From contig CM075977.1 in assembly GCA_038087875.1 (NCBI GenBank), positions 82,522,001 through 82,586,000 of the forward strand: a stretch of 64,000 bases of DNA, written 5' to 3'. Within the stretch, counting starts at the first letter, position 1. Every line of letters starts with the position of its first letter. The notes beneath the pieces were generated by a model. That model saw only the letters and a program-made list of their open reading frames with translations, searched no databases and was not told the origin of the DNA. Shown here one piece after another: positions 1 through 13,984 of this stretch. This DNA is from Malacoraja senta (Eukaryota). The translations under genes were made by a program, and so were the position numbers.

Positions 1-1304
1 GTGTTATAAGATTTAGTTAGACATTCCAATCCATCAGAGCACAATTTTCAACAATTCAATAAATAAACTGCAAATTTGTAGAGAAATGTTAAATTGCGCA
101 TTATGTACTATGATTGATATTTTAATCACTGATCAATTTTACCACTAAATTGATCAATACAAAGAATTACAAATGGGTTCACTGGGAAAGATTACTTGGG
201 CAACCATGTCTACACTTTCTGAGAAAGAGCTATTCAGGCTGATCCTCCTGCGCACCTCAACCTACAACCCTGCAGGTTAAGTTCTACCACCAATGTTCTA
301 CCTCCGCCATCCAAAACAATTGAGTGTTCCACTTCAAAATTGTCCTCGAGTTCTCTGTAATCCTATTATTGCTTAACAAGTCAAAATAACCCTGTCTAGA
401 GAACTGGATCCTTCCTGTAGTCTACACAGATGAGATTTTATAACATTATACACCACATGTAAGTTTGTTGTAAATTAAACAATCACAGTGAACCCATAAA
501 TAAACCAACACTAGCATCCTTGTAAAACTCCTCTGTGCTTTCCCCAATAGATATCACACCCTTCCTGTAAAATGACCTAAAAACTTAGCAGGTAGACAAA
601 AATGCTGGAGGAACCTGTCCTATCCATGTACCTGTAACTGTTTTTAAATGTTGGGATAGTCCGAGGCTCAACGACCTCATCTGGCAGCTTGTTCCATACA
701 CCCACCACCCTTTGTGTGAAAAAGTTACCCCTCAGATTAAATCTGTCCCTTTCACCTTGAACCTATGCAGCTCTTTACTGGATTGAAGAAAAAAACATGC
801 AAACTTTCTAAAATGGAAAATAAGTTTGGAGGGATATGGACCAAGCTCAGGAACTCAGCGGGTGAGGCAGCATCTATGGAGAGAAGGAATAGGCGACGTT
901 TCGGGTCGAGACCCTTCTTAGCAGGACTTGGTAGCCCAATTAAGATTTTAACAAGATTGTTAATTTTCATCCATTGGAAAGTTTTATCCAGAAAATTAGA
1001 TTGATAGCCCAACCTCAGGCCCCCACCCAAATACTCAAAGCTTTTCCCTTAAAAAATTAAACCAAAATTATATTTTCTTGCTTTTCTACACATTAGGCAT
1101 ACAATTTGATAACTGCCTGGTCCACGTTTTTTCCTATTTATTATCAAACATGCATTCAATTTTTAAGTCACATGCAAAATCGCTCAATCATGGCTCACCA
1201 TTTGCATAATCCCTGAAGGATACCAGAATAAGTAAGGAAATATCACTGCACCCAACAGGAACCCATTGCAAAAAGGTTCCTATCTCTATGCACATAAAAG
1301 AGTG

Positions 1305-1650
1305 ACATGGTAGTACAGATCATAGATCTGGTGCCTCACAGCACTGGAGATCTTCATTCAATTCTAACTTTAGCAGTTGCCTTTATGGAATTAGTACGTT
1401 CTTTCTACAAGCACATTGGTTTCCCCCACGTCCCAAAGATGTGTGAGTTGGTAGGTTAATTGGCCACTGTAAATCGCCCCTAATGTGCACGTGAGTGGCA
1501 GAATCTGAGGGAACATGAAAAGAATGTGGGAGGAATTTAAAAAAAAAAACTGGGATTAATACAGGATTAGTGTTAAAAAAAGGGTTAATGATTGATGCAG
1601 ACTTGATAGGCTGAAGCTACTTATTTCAGTGCTAGATCTCTTTCTATGAG
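1305..1650 (+). mobile_element. HE1-like tRNA-derived (V-)SINE, diverged
   Basis: Same body as other copies (cccaaagatgtg...ggtaggttaattggc...tgtaaat), approximate ends. Confidence 0.65.
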
Positions 1651-4107
1651 GTAAACCAACACCTTTATCTGCCAGTTTCATGGAGAGTATCCAGAATTCA
1701 AGTCCAGTTCTATTGCTTGTAACAAGCTCAGCAGTGAATATAGCCAGGGTTCCAGTTTAGTGGATATCAAAGTTGTTCATCTTAAACATTGCGTCTTCAC
1801 AATTTGTACTTTGGTACATTTTCTTCTCTTCAATACAAGTGAAGAAACGCAGTACATTATTACTTATTTACAAAATAAATGTAACTACTAATTTATTCAC
1901 AAACTGAAACAGATGGGGTCTTCTTATGGAGTCTAAGGCATATATTAGCTTTGGCCTGTATTTTAGGCTAAAATGTATGAATCTTTAGTTTAGTTTACCG
2001 AGGTACAGTGAAAAGCTTTTGTTGCATGCTAACCGGTCAGCAGATAAATTGAGCCGTTCACAATGTACAGATACATGATAAGGGAATACTCACAGGATAA
2101 TAAAAAATGATTAATAAAAATGTTACATTTATGCCAATTAGTATGTACATAAAATAAAAATATATACTGCAGGAAGCTTAGGAAGGAATTTAAACCAAAC
2201 TGTTCAGCTTAGTTGAAAGAAACAATCTCATATAACTATGCTGTGATTTCTTCATTTAGGAATAGGAATAAGTAAACTTAGCTCATTATGTCCCCATTGC
2301 AATGAGAAATGCACAATATTTAAACTGTCACAGGTATATTTAGTCATTTGGTACTTACAAATATTTTATTACAAACAACCAAAAAAAGACCACCTACAGA
2401 AAGATGCTGCTCACTATTATCAATTAACAATAGTAGCTGAAATGTGCTTTGGCCGACAGTGACTATAGGCTATGGAATATGCATTTATGCATGCACTGCA
2501 CTTCCAGGATCTTCAGCATTGCCTCAGCAAGATCAAACACATAGGGAAATTTTCTGCCATCACCAATACTATCCTTAAACTAAACAGCATTATTATGTTG
2601 CTACAATATATTTAATACATGCAGCAGATTTCCACTGGAAGGCCATGTTATAAATTTTCCTAGCATCTACATTCTTCATTCCCCCAAATTTACCTTCTGA
2701 TTCCGAGCCAATCATCCCAACAACCTCAGCCGCAAAGACAAGAGGCAAGGCTATGAATGTCAACAGGACCTTGAATGTCCTGACGTAGGTCAATGGGTAG
2801 ACTAGGAGTACCATCCACAAAGCTCCTTTGAAACATTTCACAAATTACAAAACTGTACCCCCACTTCTGCCATTCTTTTAAATTTGTCGATTTCTCAGAA
2901 ATATTTGAAAACCATATTAAAAACAATTTAAATTTACAAGTAATAAATATACAAAATCTTTAATAAAAGCATAAAATCAAACAAAATTAATTTAAAAACA
3001 AATGCTGCTTCTCATATTATACTTCTTTGCCAAAGCTCTACAATCCCTAAAAGAATGGGCTCACTTATCCTATGGAGAGCAATAGCAGAATGATATTGGG
3101 AAACAATTGACATAACATAATTAACATGCTGACCATGCAACCCCACCAGGACAACAGACCTCGATGGTCAGATTAAGATCCCTGCACTTATAACCCAAAC
3201 TGGCGACGCTGTATACTGACTCAGTCCACTACTGCAATACTGTAGTATTGTACTGTATCTGAGATACTAATCTAATATATATCTAAGTACTTATGTATAA
3301 TGATACGTACTGAACTGTTTTCAAAAATGAATTTCACTGTACCATGGTACATGTGACAAATAAAGTATAAAGTAAAGTACCATCTCCAATCCTAAACTAA
3401 CTCCTGCAATGTTGAAAATATTACTTTCAATTTATGTGCATTGAGTTTTGTAGAAAGGCCAAATTGCTCAATAAACCAATACCAATATTTTTCAACTAAT
3501 TAAACACTTTATATTAACCAATTGCATGCTTTTTCACGAATACAAATGACTGTATTAAATGGTGGATAAAAAAACAATAATGTATAGGGAGGAAAGATTC
3601 ATCTGCTGATCCGAATTTAACTAACGACACTTGACACTTTTTTCATTATTTACTGAAGAGTATTCCAAAAATTGCAACTATTAAGCCTTATTTTAATATT
3701 TATTTGGCCCAAATCTACATTTATTTGACCTAATATTGGAAAAACCAAGGGTTTAATTAGAAAAGTAATTTAAAGAAACCTAGCAATCCCATTCAAGTAA
3801 ACTTGCAAGTCCTATTAAGTTATAAGTTGCAATGTTAGCTACTACCCTAAAGAGGTGCTTGACAATGTTAACTATATGCAGAAGATTCACACATAAATCT
3901 GTGTGAATAAATCTGTCTTTTTAAACACTAGTTTGTGCTGAGTTTTAACTAATCACACATTAAATACACCCTTGCGTAATTATTAACCGAGAACAAAATC
4001 TGATTTGAATCTTTACACTTGCAAAATTGAATTAATTTATCATTGTAATTTAACTATTCCTCTGTATCAGCTATGGGTCGATGGCAGCATTCCTCTCTGA
4101 GGCATGT

Positions 4108-4743
4108 TGGCCTTCATATGAGAAGATTTGAGTATACGAGCAAGGTGGTCCTTCTGCAGTTGTACATGGCCTTGGTGAGACCACACCTGGAGTATTGTGT
4201 ACAGTTTTGGTCCCCTAATTTGAGGAAGGATATTCTTGCTGTTGAGGGAGTGCAGCGTAGGTTCACCAGGTTAATTTACGGGATGGCGGGACTGACTTAT
4301 GATGAAAGAATGGGTCAACTGGGCTTGTATTCACTTGAATTTAGGATGATGAGAGGGGATCTTATAGAAACATATAAAATTCTTAAGGGATTGATCAGGC
4401 TAGATGCAGCAAAAATGTTCCTCAAGTTGGGGGAAGTCCAGAACCAGGGATCACAGTTTAAGAATAAGGGGTAGGCCATTTAGGACTGAGATGAGGAAAA
4501 ACGTTTTCACCCAGAGTTGTGAATCTGTGGAATTCTCTGCCACAGAAATCAGTGGAGGATAATTCGCTGGATGTTTTCAAGAGAGAGTTAGATTTAGCTC
4601 TTAGAGCTAACTGATTCAACGGAAATGAGGAAAAAGCAGGAAGGGGGTACTGATTTAGAATGATTTGCCATGATCATACTGAATGGCGGTGTTGGCTTGA
4701 AGGGCCGAATGGCCTACACCTGCACCTATTTTCCATGTTTCTA
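4108..4743 (+). mobile_element. CR1/HER1-like LINE 3' fragment
   Basis: Peptide LYMALVRPHLEYCVQFWSP...VQRRFTRLI...RGDLIETYKILKG is typical of the CR1 ORF2 C-terminus; ends in the CR1-type 3' tail gggccgaatggcctac...tgtttcta. Confidence 0.85.
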
Positions 4744-6334
4744 AAAGGAGGATTCAAATCCCACTCTAATAACTCGAGAACAGAGGCTGGGCTGACATTT
4801 CAGCACAGCACCAAAGAGGCACTGTACTTCTGGAGGCCTTGTCTTTTAAAAAATACACCGCAACAAGCACAGGCACTCAAGATATATAGCTTACAATGCT
4901 CCATGATTCTACAAATTTAATAAATATTCCCTCATTATTTTAAGTCACTGATATTCATATTCTTTTTAATGTATATATGAAGAAAAATAGGCCGAATAAC
5001 CGAGCATTCCATCTGAGCTTAACCCATGTCTGTAGGCCTTGATACAGATGCACAAATCCAATTGTTGGGAGTCTCTCAAAGACAGAGTCAGGCAATGAGA
5101 CACTGCAAAACCTCCATGGCAATCAAGTATATTGTTGAGGCTCCATCCACAGAAAACTCTGACAATATTTGATGGAAACAGGGACGGACCCGGTGTGAGG
5201 GGACTATCGTGATGGAGGTGGGGGGACCATCGTGAAGGGGGGGGTGGAAGGAGGACGAAAGACAATGGGGGAAGGGGGGGGGGAGGAGGACGATAGACAA
5301 TGGGGGAAGGGGGGGACAGAGAAAGGACAATGGGGACCCGGCGTGGGGGAACTGTTAGGGGGGGGGACAAAAGGGGGAGCCGGCGTGCTTTGTAACTTTG
5401 TCAGCGCCGTAGCTGGCTGCTATTTGTATACATTGGGTATGCAAGCAAAGAATCTCACTGTGACTAGTCGCATGTGACAATATAGTATTCCTATTCCTGT
5501 GATGAGTCCATATTGACTTGAGCTATAGAGCAGATGTCCAACTTGGGCCAGGCAAGCTCATGACATACTTAAGGCTCTGCTTGCCTGTGACTCGTTATTA
5601 TGCCATCAAACACAGCAATAAATAAATTACAGAAGCATGACAATAATCTAAGGGGCAAAGAGGAAGGAAGAGTTTTCGATGATTGAGAGCCTGTTTTGAT
5701 GAAGATCAGCCCGTTTCTGACCCAATGAGAATACCAGTATTGTTGCACTTGACTCTCAGTAAGGAGCTGTCATTTCATCCAGAGGTTTAGACCAGCAATA
5801 GAAAAATGATATTCATAATTTCCAGATAAACTAGTCCGATGCAAAATGGCCAATTTTAATGGAATGATAACAGGTTTGGTCGAGGTAAACTATGACCAAA
5901 GCTTGACAGGTAAATCAGTAATTGAACAATGAGAGGTGTTTAAAATAGAGATGTCTGTGTATATTGTCACAAGGAAGAAAGGCAAAGAAATTAAAAGCAA
6001 TGCTGGATGGATGACCAGAAAGGATGGCAACTAAAATGAATCAGAAGAGGGCAAAAGGCACAAACACAGGCAAACCCACTAATTCAGGAAGATCAGAGGA
6101 GAAGCAAAACTAAAATAAATGAGGGGAAAAGAGAGAGCATGAGAAAAAACTGGCAGCAATTATAACATGGAATCCAAAAGTAGCCTACAGGGTTGTGAAC
6201 AGGAAAATAGTTGTGAGAGATGTTTGGGCTGAACAGAGATCAAAAATGAAATTTAAACATGGCTGGTCTTTGCCAAAGAAGAAATATGGAGTCTGCTCAA
6301 ACACCTGCTATATTACTTCAATAGGGAGCATATG

Positions 6335-6486
6335 TGGAAGAAGGAATGGGTGACGTTTCGGGTCGAGACCCTTAGTCTGAAGAAGGGTCTCGACTTTGAA
6401 ACTTTTCTCCAAAGATGCTGCCTGTGAGTTACTCCAACTTGTGTGTATTTTCGGTTTAAACCATTATCTGCAGTTCCTTCCTACAT
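6335..6486. mobile_element. Penelope-derived fold-back mini-element with two opposed degenerate hammerhead motifs
   Basis: gtgacgtttcgggtcgagaccctt followed by gtctgaagaagggtctcgac, then the pLTR body ending catctgcagttcc-like. Confidence 0.75.
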
Positions 6487-7939
6487 ATTACTTCCATAAT
6501 TTCTTGAAGACAACAAGACCAAGACCTAAACTCTTCTATAAATGCCCTTCTTAAATGCTAATTATTTTGCGGTAAATTTTCTAATATTTCATTCCTTAGG
6601 CAAATGTTCATTTTCTTGATTGTGCTTCTGATGTGCTTCAGTTCATTTGCTCAGTTGCATAAGTGCAACTTTCAAGTTCCTGTCTACACTGTATTTTCTC
6701 TATTTTTTTTCTTCCGTTTTTCCATTTTGGAAAAATAATTAACTACCTGTATTTAGAATTCTGCCACTTCCTCCCCTCGCAGTGTTTGGCCAACTCATTC
6801 ATAATTTCAGTCCTCCTATATTACCTTTCAAATGGAAAAGATAATTTAACATACAAAATTAATATCTGTAATTATTTTTCTTGGGGAAAGCAGAAGGAGA
6901 CAAATACATAACCAAACCCACAAGTCCATAATTATGAATAAAATGACCGCTGACAATGTGGCAAATCTTTGTGATCATATTTTTAAACTGAGAAACATTC
7001 TGTAACAAGAAATATTTTAACTGCAGGATTGGGCTTCATAATGGCCCAGTGAGTAAAAGGATTGTGTAATTTTGCACTAAAACAAGTGCAAAAAGGATCC
7101 AAAGTCAGATTTTAATAAACATTCCCTACTTGAGGGGACAACATTAAAGGCCTAGATTTCTATTCCTGGCTACTATTCAGAAACCTCAGAACTGCACCCA
7201 TATAAAAGAGGTGGAAAATAGCAACAAATTTAAATGTTTAAGTTTTGTTGTTTAAACTCTTAAGTTTAATTAAACTTGTGGGTGAGCCATAACAGGAAAT
7301 ACAATTTCTGTAGCTGGCACATAACCACATGAATGAACTTAATGTTGTAATTATTTGTTGGGATCAGAAGGAAACTGTACTCTATGACACTATTTTTTTA
7401 GTCTGAAAATACTAAATGTGCTAAGCCATTGTCACCCAATTTCATGCAAAATGGACAATATTCTAAACAAAAGACAAACTGTTGGAGGAATTCAGCAGGC
7501 CAGGCAGCATCTGTCGTGAAATGGACGGACTTCTAATGCCAAAATACATGTCTAGTTATTCTAACCCAGAGACCTAACAAAATGCCTGTATTACATATGT
7601 AATTGAACTTTGAAGGATTGTTTACATAAAACAATGAAGATTGACAGATTTAGTTAATTAACATTATAGGTAAAAAAAGTACAAGTAATAGAGCAGCTAT
7701 TAATGATGTCCAGTTCTCAATATTGTATTTACAAAACATATCAATGAAGTTTACGTAGAGAGACTCTAAATTCATTTCTATTGAATAAATAAAACAATCA
7801 AATCTTAAGCAATTATTGGTTCATGTTCTATCCTACTACTTACAAAGCTAATTTTACATGAAAGTTATGTAAAATGCCCACAAATAAGTTTTGGAAATCT
7901 TCAAAAGAAATGTAATTGTGGCTCTGAGATGTTACATCC

Positions 7940-9010
7940 AAGATGTTCTCATTCCTTAGAGAATGGGGGTTCCCCTCTTCCATCATAGATCGGTCTCCTC
8001 GACATCCCGCAGCTCCACTCTTGCTCTCCCTCTCCCAGTCACAACAGGGAAGGCCCCCCCCCCCCCCAGTCCTCACCCTTCAGCTGTCGCATACAGCACA
8101 TAATCCTCTGATATTTTCGCCATCTCCAACGGGATCCCACCACTACCCATATCTTCCCATCTCCACCCCTTTCCACTTTCTGCAGACACCGTTCCCACTG
8201 CAACTCCCTGGTTAACTCATCACTTCCCACCCAGACCACCCCCTCCCCAGGTACTTTCCCCTTCAACCGCAGGAGAAACAAAACCTGTCCCTATACCTCC
8301 TACCTCGACTCCATCCAAGGACCCCGACAATCCTTTCAGGCGAGGCGGAGGTTCACTTGCACATACTCCAACCTCATCTACTTTATCCGCTGTTCCAGGT
8401 GTGGACTCCAATATATCAGCGAGACCAAGCTCAGTCTCAGCGATTGTTTCACTGCACACCTCCGCTCAGTCCGCCTAGGCCTACGCGATCTCCCGTTGCT
8501 GAATACTTTAACTTCTCCTCTCATTTCCATATTGACCTTTCTGTCCTGGGCCTCCTCCACTGTCAGAGTGAGGCCCAACGCAAATTGGAGGAACAGCACC
8601 ACATATTTCGCTTTGGCAGTTTACAACCCAGCCGTATGAATTTCGGTTTCTCTAACCTCAAGTAATTCTTGCTTTTCCTCTCTCTCCGTCCCTCCCCCAC
8701 CCTAGTTCTCCGACTAGTTTCACTGTCCTTCTGATTAATTTTACTGATTGTATGCCTCCTTGTCACTTTCCCCTCAGCTAACGAAGAAGCATTCCACATT
8801 TCCTTATTTTCATCTGCTTTGATCTCTCGTTTTGACACCACACCCACCATATCTCTAGACTCCCTCTCTTGACTCTCAGTCTGAAGTACGGTCTCGACCC
8901 AAAACGTCACCTATTCCTTCTCTCCAGAGATGCTGCCTGTCCCGCTGAGTTACTCCATCATTTTGTGTCTATCTTTGGTGTATACCAGCATCTGCAGTTG
9001 CTTCCTGCAC
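7940..9010 (+). mobile_element. Penelope-like element 3' fragment (GIY-YIG endonuclease remnant plus hammerhead-bearing pLTR)
   Basis: Frameshifted CTYSNLIYFIRCSRCGLQYISETK...PVAEYFN...LGLLHCQSEAQRKLEEQHHIFRFGSLQPSRMN (GIY-YIG of PLEs). It is followed by gtctgaagtacggtctcgacccaaaacgtcacc (degenerate hammerhead, ~8879-8912) and the sequence shared by the mini-elements. Confidence 0.85.
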
Positions 9011-9586
9011 ACAATTGTGGCTTAAATGCATTTCAGTTAATCTTCTGTCCTCATTGGCAAATGATAGTCGTATATTTGAGCCGGCAATGAATTTAATCAA
9101 ATATAAACAACCCAGATATATTAAACTCCAGAATCTGTCCCTTGGTCCATCAACACACTTCAAATGTCAATATTTTCCAATATAGTCAAAATGCTGCAAT
9201 ACTATTATGCTGTCTGTTCTTCCATCCTGATGCTTTGCACATAACATAATTTAATTAGATCAAATAACTAAGATTAATTAACTTGCAGGCTTCAACACAT
9301 CATGGCAGTGATTGCCAAAAGTGAACTAGCTTCACTCATGCTAAATATACACAGTTAAATAGTGTTGCAGCCCTGCAGCAAATCTATTTCAACTCTTAAA
9401 ATAAATGTGGATTGTAAATGGACCAGGAGGCGTTTCAGGAAGTAAATCAAAGAAAACCAGTACGAAATATATTAGTATATATTTCCCAGCATTTACTTCA
9501 AATTTCTATTTTTGTTTCCTTTTCCATGGCAACAAGTTAACTCCACACCATAATGATAAATTGATATGAAAAAGATAACTTCTCAC

Positions 9587-12194
9587 CCATTAAAGTTGCA
9601 AGAAGACAGAGGGATGACATTTCAAGATCAATATGGTCTTGCACATCCTTAACAGATGCTTGACCAGATGCTTCATCTTCTTCAGCTTTCCAGGAACGAG
9701 CCACTGATGTTGAACAAGCAGGCACAGATTCCTTGTTGTCCTTCATGATCTCCACAGATACACGATCACCATGTTGTAGGGGCAAAGCCTCGTTCTCAAA
9801 TCCCACCTTGGGAGGATGCAGTTCCTTTGGAGGAAAGCCATACCGTATGCATTGCAAATGTGGAGGAAGCTTAAATTCTTTTGCTATACTTTCTTGAAAT
9901 TCAGAAAAAGTTACTGATACTTGAAGAGTTAGTGTTGCCTGTCTCCCATCACAAGTGGTTACTCTAATCTTTTTCTCCTTTGTAGGTAGTGGGGAGAAAG
10001 GGGACTTAGTGGGAGTAACTGGGGCAGATGATGAACCATCTTTCACAATTCCAGGAACAGATGGCTGGCCTGGTCCTTTCAGATCCTGGCGTAATTTGTC
10101 GGTTTTCCGCTTTTGCGAAAGTGCTGCATGGTCAATAATATTCTGCTGAATACCTCGTTCAGTTTTACTCATGTTCAATTCTTCTTTGTGCAGAGTCTTT
10201 GATTTCTGACCCATTAATATAATTTTGGTAGGCATATGCGGTTCTGAGGTTGGTTCATCTTGCAAGTCTCCAACTCTATGACCATGTGCACCTTCTACTG
10301 TGACAGGTGTATATTCATCGGGATTCTTTTTGGCTGTATGATGCAATATTCTGTTAACAACTTTCTGAATCAAAATTTCACTTCCAAATTCACCTGGAAA
10401 ATGTTTGGTGACAAGCTTCATAGCAACATCATAAACATTGCTGTTAAGAGCCACTTCACTTTCATACTGAAACCAATACACAGTTTCTCGCACCACTCTT
10501 CCACTCCATTCCAATGTTATTGGAAAAGCTTCAGGTAAGTTATCGTATTCCTTTTCTTCCCAGTAATGCTTGTAACCACAACCACATTTGCCTCCAGCAG
10601 ATCTAGAGTTAGTTCGATCTCCATCTATATACACAACCGAACCATCTCCTTTAACATGGCGCATCGATGTACCATGACACCAGTTGCAAGATGTTAAGTG
10701 ACTCAAATTATAATCTGGAACCAGTACATCATCTTTTGGGTCATAGGAACATACAAGATGGTTAACAGGAAAGCTGTAATTTTTGTCTGGCTTCAGTTGA
10801 CCATGTGTGCTTGCAGCTAAATTGTATAGCTTTCCTCCTGGAACCAACCATTCTGTAGGCACGTGAAGTTCTGAAAGAGCACCGCAAATCAAACATTTCT
10901 GCAAACGATTTTCAGTTACAGCTTTCTTTGCAGCTTCAGTTACATCTTCAGGTTGTATTCCAATTACCCCTGTCCTTCTGTATATATACTGATGAACATC
11001 TGCTACCAGTGAAGGGTGGATGTCATGCTTCTTCAAGAAAATTTCTTCCATTGCAGCAACTAATCTCTGCAAGTACTTATCTTGCAAACTTCGGTCACCT
11101 CCTAATGTACAACTGTCATCTTCAAACAGGATGTACTTTCGAATAAGCTCTTGTGGAACACCCCAGGCTTTAGGCAATAGTTTCAAAGGAAGCATAGGTA
11201 AAGGACCCCTTTTAATTCCAACCAAAGGTATATAATGGTTGCGTCCTAAACTGCTCCATGCAATACAAATAGGTTTATTAAGCTGTCCATCCTTTCCCTG
11301 ACATTTTTCTTCAGGAACTAATCCTGGAAGAAATGTAGCCGAATAATCTCCACAACTTCTCATTCCACTCAGGGAATCTAATAAAATAATTGGGCGGTGT
11401 AATACATTTGCTAAACCAAATATATGGATGTTACGGAGACCCAAAGGAACTCCTTCAGGAGGTATAAACAAAGGATCACATTCGTTAATTATATCCTCCC
11501 ATTCTGCTGCATCAATGAAGTCATGGAACAATGCTTTGTAACGATCCAGGTTTAACTTAAAGTGCTGTTTGAGATTTTCACGCAGAGCATGCCAAAAAAG
11601 CTCTCTACCCACCAAGGCCCTAGACACAGCGTGAACTAAACAATGGCCATCACCATCAACATGAACAGGAATTAAACATTCTTGATTACTATTGGCCTTC
11701 TTGATTTCCTCTAGGGTATCATGGAGGTATAACAAACTTCCTGAGCGATCTTTACCATAGCCCATAGTTCCAATGTGCTCTGGATCAATAAGGAAAGCCC
11801 TGTCACCCAACAAGGCACAATCAAACATTTCCCCTTGGTTCATCTCTCCGAGGAGCTTGGCCTTCCCAGTTTGCTTATCCATGCCATACCGGGTGAGGAT
11901 AGGAGACAGCAGTTTACAGTGGTAGTTAGACAACCCCATTACTTTCACCATTTCCGTGCCCTTTTTGGGGGCCGTGACTCCCAGCAGAGCATTCCTTAGC
12001 AGGTTATGCAGCACCACGTCAGGGTCGGTGACTTCCTCTACCTTGAGCAGATTTCTTTGTTCATGGCGTTGGCCGCATTCGGTGCATTCTATACTGACTC
12101 CATAGGCTGGGAAAAACAGCCGAGCCTGGCATTTAGGATCCGGACACGTACCCGATAGAATACGTCTGTCTTTTTTCTTAGACCCCTGCAGCAT
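9587..12194 (-). CDS. VCPIP1: VCPIP1 (VCIP135; p97/VCP-interacting OTU deubiquitinase), large first coding exon; downstream exons not found in window
   Basis: The ORF matches recalled vertebrate VCPIP1 throughout: RRILSGTCPDPKCQARLFFP, OTU Cys box HVDGDGHCLVHAVSRAL, His box GRNHYIPL, UBX-like IRVTTCDGRQ...RYGFPPKEL, ending SLCLLATLMG. Similarity stops at a phase-1 donor ATG G|GTGAGA (GT at 9586-9585), so the ORF tail 9537-9586 is intronic read-through. Confidence 0.96.
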
Positions 12195-12269
12195 TGTCTC
12201 ATTTATTAATCCAGGTTACAATGAAATCGGTCCATATATTTTTTTTGTAATCGCCACTGTTCACAGTGT

Positions 12270-13100
12270 CATGGTCAGTCGACAACAAGACAGGCCGTTT
12301 CTGTCAGTAATATTCTTCACTGGGAGGCGAAACACGGAAGTACTCGGCTTCTTTCTGTTTCTCCCTGCACTCAGTTTCCGTTATCAAACGAAACGAAACA
12401 AGTCTCCTTTATTGAAGCCAAGAAGAGACAGCGGCGAGTGGGGTCTGGTATCGAGTGCGCTTGCGTCGGGAGCGCGCGGTGGCTGACGGGTATTGTAGTT
12501 TGTCTAGCCCCCCCCACTGCATTTGGTAATACGCATAAAATGGAGGAGGTTGAACTACAATTCCCGGAGGACATCGCACCGACCACAAGACCGTCCAACC
12601 AGACCTGCAATGGACCCCAACTTTATTTCATTTTATCGTCCATCGAGCTGGACACTCGAACGAAAGGTGTGTTGGGAGGAGAGGTGGTGGTTATGACATG
12701 TTCGGGTTTTTTTTTTTGTATGTTGATTTTTGAAAATCAGCTTTGATAGGAACTGTGCTGCTCCTGATCATGTGACTTGATGGCCCAGTGGAATTTTTTT
12801 TTTTTTTTTTAACCCCCACCCGTCCTTCCTTCCTTCCTTCCCGCCCGAGAAGTTCCACTTTGGGACACGATGCGCTCCGTTTGCATCACTGTGGCCTTTC
12901 AAATGTGTTTTTTCCTCTTGGCGGCGAGGTCGTGAACGCGCTGGTTCGGCCGTTTAGAACAAGCTGGCGGCCCGGCTGCGTGGTTACTAAGGAACATCGA
13001 TGCCTTAGTTACCCGCCATTGTCCTGCTTTGATGATGTGTAACTTTTTTTTAATCTATAACCGGCGTGCCTGCGAAATAATGGCCAGTGGTAATCACAAG
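12270..13100. promoter_or_regulatory. CpG-rich VCPIP1 promoter with two opposed ZNF143/THAP11-type ACTACA motifs
   Basis: CpG-rich stretch directly upstream of the VCPIP1 ATG; ACTACAATTCCC at 12554-12565 (+) and ACTACAATACCC at 12488-12499 (-). Confidence 0.8.
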
Positions 13101-13207
13101 TGACTGCTTTCTGCTGCGATTGGTGGTAGCGACTTTGTACCACCGGTACTCTGGAGGTTGTCTGTGTGTGGCTTATAACACACAGGTAGATCTACCAACA
13201 AAACGTC

Positions 13208-13680
13208 AAGTGTAGGAAGGAAAGGCAGATGCTGGTTTACACCAAAGATAGACGCAAAATGCTGGACACCACATTCGTTCTCTCCAGAGATGCTACCTGT
13301 CCCGCTGAGTTACTCCAGCATTTTGTGCCTATCAACAAAACGTATCTTGACGTATAATCACCATCACTGGTTGTCGCATACGTTAGGAGGGTTATGTGCA
13401 AAGTCGCAATTAAATATTAAAGTGGGCCTTAGAAGTCAACGGGTAACAACAAGGAACTGCAAATGCTGGTCTACCAAAGAAAGATACCAAAGAAAGCGTG
13501 CTGGAGTGATTCAGCGAGTCAGGCAGCATTTTTGGAAAACGTGGATAGGTGACCTTTCGGGTCGGGACCATTCATCAGACTGATCCATGTTCTCCAGAGA
13601 TGGTGCCTGACCCGCTGAGGTTTTCCAGAGATGGTGCCTGACCCGCTGAGTTTCTCCAGCATTTTATGTTTATCTTTAAC
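13208..13680. mobile_element. Two Penelope-derived fold-back mini-elements
   Basis: Inverted arms ...ctccagagatgctgcctgacccgctgagttactccagc-like; minus-strand hammerhead-like core CUGAUGA...GAAAGGUC at ~13548-13582. Confidence 0.7.
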
Positions 13681-13984
13681 AAAACGCTGAAGGCAGTCAA
13701 CTCTCAAATATAGTAGTGGCTGGAGCAAAAATTTACCAAATATTACATAATTTAATTCTTAAAGGTATATTCACACTTTTATTTCTGTAGAACATCATGT
13801 CTATACTGGCTCACAGCAGAACCATTTTGCCCCTAAGGTTCTCCCCCATCTCCAATAAACTACCTTTGAACTTATAAGTTTCACCCCCATTTATATTCTT
13901 CTCCATTCCCAACAGTTCTATCACATACCTACACAAGACAATTTACAGTGGCTGGTTTGCCCATGAATCTTCCCATAGAGCTAT

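Noticed and set aside
9537-9586. C-terminal EKLSFSYQFIIMVWS as the true end of an intronless VCPIP1
   Set aside because: Similarity ends at a consensus GTGAGA donor; the tail is intron read-through.
1-9586. VCPIP1 exon 2 (expected EDVWSYAK...)
   Set aside because: No matching peptide seen by eye. An acceptor-like site near 3047 leads to a stop; the exon probably lies beyond the window.
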